NCBI GenBank assembly: GCA_026392115.1 | Contig: JAPLCQ010000089.1 | Location: 2,509 to 66,508, forward strand | From: Armatimonadota bacterium | GTDB taxonomy: Bacteria > Armatimonadota > Chthonomonadetes > Chthonomonadales > CAJBBX01 | Reading direction: 5' to 3' | Length of the DNA: 64,000 nt | In this document: one piece after another, positions 1 to 7,169 of the stretch | How positions within the stretch are numbered: the first letter of the stretch is position 1 | Layout: every line of letters begins with the position of its first letter | Notes under the pieces: model-generated | The model's database searches: none | What the model was told of the DNA's origin: nothing | Seen by the model: only the letters and a program-made list of their open reading frames with translations | Position numbers and translations under genes: made by a program

Positions 1-1174
1 CGATGGCCGGGGTCTTGCAGGGCACCTCGACATCGCCGCACATCGGGCTGTCCGCCGGGAGCGGCGACGCGATCGCCACCGGAGAGGCGATGATCTTCAC
101 GTCCGGAATGGAACCGGAATCCCACCGAACGTCGCCGAACCCTTCGGAGTAGATGGTCTCGAGGTCGCCGTCGCCGTCCACATCCTGGCTCACCTTGATG
201 GTGATGTCCGGCACGTCCAGGATGCGCTGCCATACCGGCACGATGTGCGTGTGGCACCGAACGAACGGGCCGATCCACCGGGAGGCGTCCACCTTGCCGA
301 GAAGGTCGGCGATCTCACCCGTGACCCCGAGCGACTCGGCGATCGGAGCCGACGCGCCCTTGATCCGCGGCGCGGCCAGTGCTTCGGGCAGCGGGGGCGG
401 TATGGGAGCCGCAAACGCCGGCTGGTCGAGGGTGGACGATCGAACCGAAGCCTGTGCGCCCGCCTTCAGCACCGGCGCCGCGCGAAGCCCGGCAACCTGA
501 TTCCTGCCAAGCAACGGTTCCAGATGCTGCAGCACCGTCTCGTTGAGGAACGGCAACGGATCGGGATCGGGGCCGGGCCATCGGATCGGGGGCCAGGGGC
601 CGGGCTGCGGGATCAGCTCCGGCGGGATCAGATGCTCGATGATGTCCCAGATCGTCGGCTTGCGGAACAGGATCGGGTAGCAGTGGCGAACGGCCCGCCA
701 TCGGAGCACCCAGTCGATGTCGAACGCCGGCACCCAGACGCAGAACCGACCGCAGGCGTCGGTGGTCGTGCTCCCGATGACCTCGCGGTGGCTCCAGAAG
801 GGGAAGTGCCAGACCCAGGGGTGGCTGGGAGGCGCGAATGTGAGGAAGTGGCAGTCGGTGTCCTCAACGTCGACCCTGGCATGGGGGACGGGGTACTCGA
901 CGCCGGTGGCCGGGTCCTTCTTGACGACCTGGCCGCAGACGCGTCGGAAACGCAGCAGGTCGGGATCGATGCGCCACTTGAACTTCTCGGCGATCTGCCC
1001 GATCGTGCCCTCTCTGATCTCGGCGACCGGCAGGCCGGCCATCGAGGCGAGCCTCGCGGCCTGTGCCTTGGTGATCCTCGTCGCGTCGGGTGACGCTGGG
1101 CTGGTCTGAGCGGCCGCATTGGCGGTGGTTTCCCTGCCGGCCGCGGATAGCGCCTTCGTGTCGGTCTTGCTCAT
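1..1174 (-). CDS. Hypothetical protein, partial (C-terminus lies beyond the window start)
   Basis: Absent from the ORF track because it runs off the edge. My translation of the minus strand from ATG 1174 (SD caggaggctcggagccATG) is open to position 1 (MSKTDTKALSAAGRETT...PMCGDVEVPCKTPAI). It has strong G/C at third codon positions. The listed ORFs here occupy the other two minus frames and look like shadows. No family recognised. Confidence 0.7.
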   Translation of the reverse strand, partial: MSKTDTKALSAAGRETTANAAAQTSPASPDATRITKAQAARLASMAGLPVAEIREGTIGQIAEKFKWRIDPDLLRFRRVCGQVVKKDPATGVEYPVPHARVDVEDTDCHFLTFAPPSHPWVWHFPFWSHREVIGSTTTDACGRFCVWVPAFDIDWVLRWRAVRHCYPILFRKPTIWDIIEHLIPPELIPQPGPWPPIRWPGPDPDPLPFLNETVLQHLEPLLGRNQVAGLRAAPVLKAGAQASVRSSTLDQPAFAAPIPPPLPEALAAPRIKGASAPIAESLGVTGEIADLLGKVDASRWIGPFVRCHTHIVPVWQRILDVPDITIKVSQDVDGDGDLETIYSEGFGDVRWDSGSIPDVKIIASPVAIASPLPADSPMCGDVEVPCKTPAI

Positions 1175-1322
1175 GGCTCCGAGCCTCCTGTCGGAAGAGC
1201 GGCTGCGCCGGTCGTCTCTGGCTGTTCGCACCGGTCACAGCCCGGTTGAGGCTGGCGGCCTTCGGCAGGTTCCACATGGTGGATGTGGACCGTGTCGCCC
1301 CTGGCCGTCAGATCTTTCCCTT

Positions 1323-1369
1323 ACAAGCCTCCTGACGTCCGATGTCCGGCTGATCGAGATGAGAGCGGC
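1323..1369 (-). promoter_or_regulatory. Conserved ~45-nt upstream/leader motif, copy 1
   Basis: Minus-strand reading is GCCGCTCTCATCTCGATCAGCCGGACATCGGACGTCAGGAGGCTTGT. It matches 9104..9148 (+) at about 38 of 45 aligned positions, including an identical TCAGGAGGCTTGT tail. It lies ~150 nt upstream of ATG 1174. Function unknown. Confidence 0.35.
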
Positions 1370-1586
1370 TGGAGCGAAGCGCTGATACAACGTAACCCAT
1401 ACTACGTCAGAGCATCAGACGGTATTAGCCGCATAGGAACCCGTGCCGCCGTTGAGTAGGTACTGGAGGACTTGTCGCTGCCGCCGGTTGCGCGGCGGTC
1501 GTGGTGGGGCGGGCGCCCCGGCGCAGGAGATCGGCGGCGGGCGGCGAACCATTGGCCCGAACGTATCGACTACGGAGCCATCGCCC

Positions 1587-3605
1587 ATGACCGTCGCCTG
1601 CCACGCCGTCCTGACCGCGCTGCTGCTCGGCGGCGCCCTCCTCTGCGCGGGGCGGCCCGGCGCGGGTGCGTCGAAGATGGAGCCCAAGTTCTGCAACCTG
1701 ATTTTCGCCGACACGGAGTCGGACCAGACCGGACTGCGGCGCTTCAACGACGGCGCACGGGCGCGCAAGCTGGAGGGGCGCCTCAAGCTGACGCTGTTGC
1801 TCCATTCGGACACCGCCCGGGCCGATAGACCCGGCAGTCGGGCCTTCTACCGAGAGATGGCGGACCAGGGCCACGAGATCGGCGTCTTCTTTGCCGACGC
1901 CCGGCCCATCGTGGCCGCCTGGCTGGGGCTGCCCGAGGAGCGCATCACAACCGTGGGCTTTCAGCTCTTCGGCGACGTGGACGTCGAGGAGCAGGCTCGG
2001 GCCACCCGGCGGGGCTTTACGGCATCGGTGAACGCCTGCATCGAGGGCGATTCCTTCGTGGAGGAGCGCTGGGACATCCCCCACAACTGGGAAGGCGCGC
2101 CCTACCTGCCCTACTGGGTGCAGTGGGACGACGCGAGGCCCGAGACGACCGCGCGCGTGAACCGCGAACTGACGAAGCGGCGGGCCACGCTGGAGCTGCA
2201 GTGGGCCACACGTACGATGTGGCACAACTACGACCGCATCTGCCTGCCCCAGTGCTTCCACTTCGGCGAGCCCGTGAAGCACAGCCAGTGGCCCATCCAG
2301 CAGCTCTCGCGGCGGGGAGACATCGGGTGGTGGAAGGCCGAGGTGGCCGAGTTGGAGGCCAACCTGGCCGCCGGGCGCACTCCGCTGCTCTACCTGAACA
2401 CCGCGTCCGAGGCCAACGTCTTCGTACCGGGCGGCCCCTGGACGCCTATGTTGGATACGGACGAGGCGCTGGAGTGCGCGCTGGACCTGGTGGAGCATCT
2501 GATCCAGCGGGGCTGGCAACTGGTGACCGTGCGGCAGTTCGTGGACTGGTTCTCGAAGCGGTGGCCCTGCCCGTCGGCGCCGTCGGCCGCCTACCTGATG
2601 AAGGACACGCTGGCCGGCCTGGTGGACAAGCGGGGCATGGCCATCCCGTCGCACGGGCGGTTGCTCCACGCCGAGACGCGCCATTTCCAGGTGGTCGACC
2701 ATGAGAACCGCATGTCGCCGGAGATGGTGGTGGCCTACGACCTCGCCACCCCGAACCTGCTGCGCGGCGGGTACACCTTCGGCGACCCGGCGGCGCACGG
2801 TGCGGGCCAGAACCCCGGCCAGTATGCGGCCACCACGGGCAACGCGCTCTTCTGGAGCCCCTCGCCTCCGCTGACGAACGCCAGGGGCGAGCCCTTCTAC
2901 CATGTCAACAAGCCCGCGGCGGCCCGCGACCGCACCTTCACCCTCTACGTCGGCGATGAGTGGGAGCCATACCAGTTTGCGGCCGCCCGCTTCACCCGGG
3001 TGCGACGGATCGGCTCCGAAGTGCGCTGGACCAAGGAGATGGCCCGGCCCGCGGCGGGGTCCGACGTGCGGCTGCGCATGACGCATCGACTGGTGGGAGA
3101 CCAGCACCGGGTGCGCGTGGAGGTGCTGGGCAAGGGCGCCCTGGGCAAGCCGGTCCGGCTCCGCCTGAGCCCCATGTTCCATCAGGGCTGGGACCGCGAC
3201 TACCGCAAGGAGGCTCCGCCCTCGGCTTCCATCGCCGATCCCGCCGCGGCTGGTCAGGAGCGCAACGTCTTCGGCCGTGCGGCGGGGGTCGAGTTCGCCT
3301 ACTCCGAGGCCAATGCAGAGCGCGCCGTGCGGCGCGTGCGGTTGCCCCGCGGGCCGTGCCGCATCGACTTGTTCAACCGGAACCCGGGCCGCGCGCCGGG
3401 GTCGCCGGGGTGGACCGTCGACGATAACCCGGACATGAACCGCGGCGTCACCCTATCCCTTCGCGCCGAGCGGGAAGCCTCCGTGGCGTTCATCGACGAG
3501 CCGGGCCCGGGCAAGTACGTCACGGCGGAAGTGGAATTCGGCGCCCATCGCGCGGGACAGGCGTACGAGTTCACATTCACATACCGGCATGGCGCCGTGA
3601 GGTGA
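1587..3605 (+). CDS. Secreted hypothetical protein (family not recognised)
   Basis: Long ORF 1443..3605. I place the start at ATG 1587 (MTVACHAVLTALLLGGALLCAG), which gives a signal-peptide-like N-terminus. Ordinary amino-acid composition, unlike the overlapping Arg/Gly-rich antisense ORF. Confidence 0.75.
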   Translation: MTVACHAVLTALLLGGALLCAGRPGAGASKMEPKFCNLIFADTESDQTGLRRFNDGARARKLEGRLKLTLLLHSDTARADRPGSRAFYREMADQGHEIGVFFADARPIVAAWLGLPEERITTVGFQLFGDVDVEEQARATRRGFTASVNACIEGDSFVEERWDIPHNWEGAPYLPYWVQWDDARPETTARVNRELTKRRATLELQWATRTMWHNYDRICLPQCFHFGEPVKHSQWPIQQLSRRGDIGWWKAEVAELEANLAAGRTPLLYLNTASEANVFVPGGPWTPMLDTDEALECALDLVEHLIQRGWQLVTVRQFVDWFSKRWPCPSAPSAAYLMKDTLAGLVDKRGMAIPSHGRLLHAETRHFQVVDHENRMSPEMVVAYDLATPNLLRGGYTFGDPAAHGAGQNPGQYAATTGNALFWSPSPPLTNARGEPFYHVNKPAAARDRTFTLYVGDEWEPYQFAAARFTRVRRIGSEVRWTKEMARPAAGSDVRLRMTHRLVGDQHRVRVEVLGKGALGKPVRLRLSPMFHQGWDRDYRKEAPPSASIADPAAAGQERNVFGRAAGVEFAYSEANAERAVRRVRLPRGPCRIDLFNRNPGRAPGSPGWTVDDNPDMNRGVTLSLRAEREASVAFIDEPGPGKYVTAEVEFGAHRAGQAYEFTFTYRHGAVR

Positions 3606-3629
3606 GGCGGATGGGCGGGAGCGGTCCGG
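3564..3629. repeat. Direct repeat A-end (3' end of the gene ending at 3605 plus 24 nt), duplicated at 4902..4967
   Basis: tacgagttcacattcacataccggcatggcgccgtgaggtgaggcggatgggcgggagcggtccg recurs at 4902..4967 with three A/G differences. Confidence 0.9.
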
Positions 3630-3634
3630 AGCGC

Positions 3635-3844
3635 CTACTTGGGATCGTACGGTAGCCTGCTGTAGGTGACCTCGGTATCGTGCAGCCCAACCGCGTCGAG
3701 CAACCGCATGATGCCCTGCACCACATGGTTGCGCCGCGGGTCGATATCGTCGGGTACCCCGTGGCTCCAGCCCGGTCCGACCAACACCTTGTTTACCGGT
3801 AGGCTGCTTCGCCGATCCAGCAGGTCGACGTAGGGCGTCAGTCG
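3635..3844 (-). other. 69-codon coding-like extension in frame with, and immediately after, the TGA stop of the DUF2971 ORF
   Basis: My translation: RLTPYVDLLDRRSSLPVNKVLVGPGWSHGVPDDIDPRRNHVVQGIMRLLDAVGLHDTEVTYSRLPYDPK*. Strong GC3. No ATG. The frame is identical to 3845..4477. It resembles the usual C-terminal part of DUF2971 proteins (PY..L, V.KVLVGP). Confidence 0.55.
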
Positions 3845-4477
3845 TCACTCTCGCGCCCTGAACCGCACCGACTCGGGCGCGGGGAAGACGAGCAGGCGAT
3901 ACTCCTGCTCGGCCTCGAAGCCGTCATGCTTCATATAGCTTGCCGCGGCCACGAGCGCCTGCTCGATGAAGTCCACATCCGTCTGCTTCCGGAGGGCCTC
4001 GAGCACCTTCTTGGCGAACGCTCGCTGCTTGCGTGGATCGTATATGACCCAACCGGCGACATCGGCGACGTCGTAGACCGACCGCGTGTCGGAAACCAGT
4101 GCGCATCCAAGGCCATTGTCGGCGTAGCCGCGCCATTGCCCCAACTCATCGGCATTGCCGCCGAAGCTCATCTGGTAAGCGTCCGTGTCCGCCCGGGTGC
4201 CCGCGGCAAGTAGAGCCTCGATGGTCGAGAGCACGAGTTGGGCTGATCGCGGCGGCGAGGCGGCGACGTCAAGCAGGACGTTGAGGCCAAGCACCAACTC
4301 GGCTCGGTCGTTGAGAAACTGCACCGGAGACGCCCACGCCGACGTCCAGCCGATCAGTCCGGACGGGGTCGGGTACGGCAGCATGGACACAAGGCTGCCA
4401 ATGGCGGTGTAGTGGGCGACTTCCGCGGCCGGCCCGGGTGGGAGGCCCGTTTCAATCAGCCCGCGGTCGAGCCGCAC
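3845..4477 (-). CDS. DUF2971-family protein, possibly truncated by an in-frame TGA
   Basis: Shows the characteristic DUF2971 pattern: HYT...FLNDRAE, SFGGNADELGQWRGYADNGLGCAL, and KHDGFEAEQEYRL. Confidence 0.75.
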   Translation of the reverse strand: MRLDRGLIETGLPPGPAAEVAHYTAIGSLVSMLPYPTPSGLIGWTSAWASPVQFLNDRAELVLGLNVLLDVAASPPRSAQLVLSTIEALLAAGTRADTDAYQMSFGGNADELGQWRGYADNGLGCALVSDTRSVYDVADVAGWVIYDPRKQRAFAKKVLEALRKQTDVDFIEQALVAAASYMKHDGFEAEQEYRLLVFPAPESVRFRARE

Positions 4478-4717
4478 CTACAGCGTCTCACCCGGCGCGA
4501 GGGGTACAAGGACACCGAGGTTGAAGCCGCGCGGCCCCATCTTGGCCCGGACCCTGCGCGTCACCAGGCGGTTGCGCTCCGGGTCGTCGATGCCGCGGAA
4601 TTCCGGCCACACGAAGGAGCCGAGGACACGTCGGCCCTCGGCGTGGATGTTCGAGACATCCGCCCCAGGGAACGCTGTGGAAATCGCCTGTCTGACCTCA
4701 TCGACCGTCGGATACAT
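4478..4717 (-). CDS. Small hypothetical protein (79 aa), translationally abutting the DUF2971 gene
   Basis: ATG 4717 is preceded by gaggaggccgagag. Its stop codon is directly adjacent to the DUF2971 start (4477). Non-repetitive composition. No family recognised. Confidence 0.6.
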   Translation of the reverse strand: MYPTVDEVRQAISTAFPGADVSNIHAEGRRVLGSFVWPEFRGIDDPERNRLVTRRVRAKMGPRGFNLGVLVPLAPGETL

Positions 4718-4779
4718 CTCTCGGCCTCCTCGGCGCCCGACGCGAGGTAGGCTGCGTCGAGACTGACGGGATTCAGATC

Positions 4780-4788
4780 ACTTTACCA
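4780..4788 (-). promoter_or_regulatory. Possible extended -10 element (TGGTAAAGT) for the small-ORF/DUF2971 cassette
   Basis: The minus strand reads TGGTAAAGT about 60 nt upstream of ATG 4717. Similar TGGTA..T elements precede the AbrB-type antitoxin and hicB-like genes. No clear -35. Confidence 0.3.
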
Positions 4789-4853
4789 CTAAGTACGGTT
4801 GCCGCCCGGTGACGGTACCGGTCCGAACAGGCTCATCTATCTTCGCCCCTCTC

Positions 4854-4967
4854 CTACTTTGCCGCCATCTGGGCCTTGAAGACCTGGTCACGCGCAGCCC
4901 CTACGAGTTCACGTTCGCATACCGGCATGGCGCCGTGAGGTGAGGCGGATGGGCGGGGGCGGTCCGA
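4854..4967. repeat. Fused duplicate gene-end fragments (B-end' 4854..4887 followed by A-end' 4902..4967)
   Basis: 4854..4887 equals 7170..7203, the 3' end of the minus gene 7170..8885, with 1 mismatch. 4902..4967 equals 3564..3629. Both are remnants, not intact genes. Confidence 0.9.
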
Positions 4968-5025
4968 GCCGTCCAGCTCGGGTGGGGTACCATGGCATGA
5001 GTTCTGCACGTTTCCGGACGCCGCC

Positions 5026-5343
5026 ATGAAGAAACTGATGTTCGTCGGTGCCAGCCAGGATGATCTGCGCGACTTCCCTGCGGAGGCGCGGCGCCAGGCC
5101 GGGTTCGAGCTGGTCGCCATCCAGCGGGGCCTCTCGCCGTCGGACTGGAAGCCCATGGATGCGGTCGCCCCAGGCGTCCGCGAACTGCGCCTGCATGTGC
5201 TCGGGGAATGGCGTGTGGTCTACGTTGCGGCGCTTGCCGATGCGGTCTATGTGTTGCACTGCTTCCGCAAGAAGGCTCGAAAGACACCACAGGCCGAGCT
5301 GGAGTTGGCTCGCCGGCGCTATCGGCAGATAGGGGATCGATGA
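5026..5343 (+). CDS. RelE/ParE-superfamily toxin of the phage Gp49-like (HigB-like) type
   Basis: Matches the Gp49-like toxin pattern: FVGASQDDLRDFPAEARRQAGFELVAIQRGLSPSDWKPMDAVAPGVRELR...WRVVYVA...VYVLHCFRKKARKTPQAELELARRRY. Confidence 0.85.
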   Translation: MKKLMFVGASQDDLRDFPAEARRQAGFELVAIQRGLSPSDWKPMDAVAPGVRELRLHVLGEWRVVYVAALADAVYVLHCFRKKARKTPQAELELARRRYRQIGDR

Positions 5344-5624
5344 TGGACGAGCCCATGGTTGAGTCGAGCGGCAACGTGTTTGCGGACCTCGGTTTTGCCT
5401 CTGACGAGGCGGCCGTCCTGCAGATGCGGGCAGCCCTTATGAGCGACCTCCGCGAGTACCTGAGCGCCACCGGGATGACACACGACCAGGCGGCCTCGGC
5501 GTTGCGGCTCACCCGAACGCGCGTCGGCGACCTTGTGGCGGGTCGGTGGGAGAAGTTCAGCCTGGAGTCGTTGATCTCACTGGAGGCCAGGCTTTCGAGG
5601 TCGGTAACCCTCCAGTTCGCCTGA
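5340..5624 (+). CDS. XRE-type HTH antitoxin (HigA-like partner of Gp49-like toxins)
   Basis: ATGATG start overlaps the toxin stop (5341..5343). Shows SSGNVFADLGF...MTHDQAASALRLTRTRVGDLVAGRWEKFSLESLISLEARL, typical of this antitoxin family. Confidence 0.85.
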   Translation: MMDEPMVESSGNVFADLGFASDEAAVLQMRAALMSDLREYLSATGMTHDQAASALRLTRTRVGDLVAGRWEKFSLESLISLEARLSRSVTLQFA

Positions 5625-5796
5625 CGCGCCGATCGCGCGGTGGCCTCCGGGATCGGTCGCACCTGCTCAACGCGTTCGGCCGCGACCCGGCTTGGGCGAA
5701 CCGGTTGATCCAGCGCGGATGCTGGAAGTGACCATTGCCCGCTACCATTGCGGTCGACCGGATGCGACGACGATCTCGTCGGAAGGAGGCGTCCCA

Positions 5797-6027
5797 ATGG
5801 CCTGCACGGTAGACATCACCAGGGAGCAGGAGCAGGCCGCTCGGCTCAGGGCGTCACGCCTCGGACTGGACCTGGCAGGCTACCTGGCTCGCTTGATCGA
5901 TGCCGATTCCGGGGGCGCCTGCGACGAGGCCAACCGACAAGCCATGCAGCTGATCCGTCAGTGGAAGGCCGAGGATGACGCCATGCGGGCCCGGGAGGCC
6001 GAGCAGGCGGATACCGTGGTTGCTTGA
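5797..6027 (+). CDS. Small ribbon-helix-helix-like protein (orphan antitoxin-like)
   Basis: ATG 5797 follows ggaaggagg. TVDITREQEQAARLRASRLGLDLAGYLARLIDA fits a strand-helix-helix pattern. There is no adjacent toxin on the same strand. Confidence 0.5.
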   Translation: MACTVDITREQEQAARLRASRLGLDLAGYLARLIDADSGGACDEANRQAMQLIRQWKAEDDAMRAREAEQADTVVA

Positions 6028-6066
6028 TCGCCGCCTGGCAGCGCCAAGAGCTGGCCATGGGCCGAG

Positions 6067-6369
6067 TCATGGGTGGGGCGTGATCGCTACGACCGTGATC
6101 ACGCCCTGACCTGGACCGTAGTGCCAGAACACGCGCCAGGCGGCGGGCGTCTTGTTCTCGACATAGCTCTCCCAGACGTCCTCTCCATTGGCGCCCCTCA
6201 GGTCGCTTAACTTGTGCGAGTTCAGTCCGGGGTGTCTGGGGTCGGTCTCGAGGAGGCCAAGGCACTTGCGGACCCGAGTCAGCTTGGGCTGGTTCTGCTT
6301 GTCGTCGTCGTGCGCAACGTCTTCGAGCTGCCTGCGGGCTTCGCGGGTGAACAACAGCCTGAATGCCAC
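6067..6369 (-). CDS. RelE/ParE-superfamily toxin
   Basis: FTREARRQLEDV...LETDPRHPGLNSHKL...AWRVFWHYGP..ITVVAITPHP fits the plasmid-stabilisation/RelE-ParE pattern. It lies 6 nt downstream of an AbrB-type antitoxin gene. Confidence 0.75.
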   Translation of the reverse strand: MAFRLLFTREARRQLEDVAHDDDKQNQPKLTRVRKCLGLLETDPRHPGLNSHKLSDLRGANGEDVWESYVENKTPAAWRVFWHYGPGQGVITVVAITPHP

Positions 6370-6375
6370 CGGCCG

Positions 6376-6648
6376 TTACTCGTCGTCGTCTGCGAACTGC
6401 GCGAAGCTCCCGATGTCGTGCGTTTCGCCGCGGGCCGACTGCTCAAGCCCCCGGCGCACCGATGCCAGTGCCTCGGCGTTGTCGTAGAGCCACGCTTCTC
6501 GTTCGTGCCGGACCAACACAGGCGATAGCAGAATGTCGCCGTTCGGCCGCGACTCAACGGCGTAGAGTTTGCCGCCGTTCGACTTCCCGATTGTGATCCG
6601 ACCCGCCGCGTCGGTCCTCTTCAGTTCTGCGCCCGAGAATGCGCCCAT
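6376..6648 (-). CDS. AbrB/MazE/SpoVT-type antitoxin
   Basis: I place the start at ATG 6648 (ccggagacaggcATG). AGRITIGKSNGGKLYAVESRPNGDILLSPV is a swapped-hairpin AbrB-like N-terminus, and the tail is acidic. The upstream part of ORF 6376..6771 is discarded. Confidence 0.75.
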   Translation of the reverse strand: MGAFSGAELKRTDAAGRITIGKSNGGKLYAVESRPNGDILLSPVLVRHEREAWLYDNAEALASVRRGLEQSARGETHDIGSFAQFADDDE

Positions 6649-6670
6649 GCCTGTCTCCGGTGTGGTGGGA

Positions 6671-6700
6671 TGCCATCGATGGCATGATGCCACTATACCA
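6671..6700 (-). promoter_or_regulatory. Candidate promoter/operator of the AbrB-type TA operon
   Basis: Perfect 14-bp palindrome TGCCATCGATGGCA (6671..6684), immediately downstream on the minus strand of TGGTATAGT (extended -10-like, 6692..6700). It lies 23 nt upstream of ATG 6648. Confidence 0.5.
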
Positions 6701-6789
6701 TAATGGGGCAGCGGCTGGAGCCCGCATGGCCTGGTCGGCGCGGTCGGGTACCATGCCATCAGCCGGGACATGCGTTCAGGAATGCAGGC

Positions 6790-7081
6790 ATGAAGAGGCT
6801 AAGCGAACCAGTCATCGAGTCGAGCGGCAATGTGTTCGTCGACCTCGGTTTCCCTCCGGACGAGGCAGCCATTCCGCAGATGCGGGCCGCCTTGATGAGC
6901 GACCTGCGGGAGCGCCTGGGCGCCACCGTGATGACCGTGGAGCAGGCGGCGGCGGCACTGCAGGTCACGAGCGCACGCGTCAGCCATCTCGTGGCAGGAC
7001 GGTGGGAGAAGGCTCAGCCTGGAATCCCTCATATCGCTCGAGACACGACTGTCCAGACCGGTGAGCCTTCAATTCGCCTGA
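6790..7081 (+). pseudogene. Decayed HigA-like antitoxin (paralog of 5340..5624) with a +1 frameshift and no cognate toxin
   Basis: MKRLSEPVIESSGNVFVDLGF...GRWEK parallels 5340..5624. After gagaag, copy 2 reads gctcagcctgg where copy 1 reads ttcagcctgg, a 1-nt insertion near 7011. Shifting frame restores LSLESLISLETRLSRPVSLQFA* ending at 7081. Confidence 0.75.
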
Positions 7082-7169
7082 ACCTCGGTTTCTCCGGGCA
7101 TATGCACGTTCACCCGACCGTGGCGCATTGGGCCGCGCCCACGCGCAGAAGGGTCGGGTGACGCCGGCG

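Noticed and set aside
1425-3182. 585-aa minus-strand ORF antisense to the 1587..3605 gene
   Set aside because: Extremely Arg/Gly/Pro/His-rich with no recognisable motifs. It fully overlaps a plus-strand ORF of normal composition. Typical high-GC shadow ORF.
3845-3847. Selenocysteine or other programmed recoding of the in-frame TGA in the DUF2971 gene
   Set aside because: TGA is used as an ordinary stop by neighbouring genes. I see no obvious stable hairpin immediately downstream that could act as a SECIS-like element, and DUF2971 is not a known selenoprotein family. A nonsense mutation or sequencing error is more likely, though I cannot exclude readthrough.
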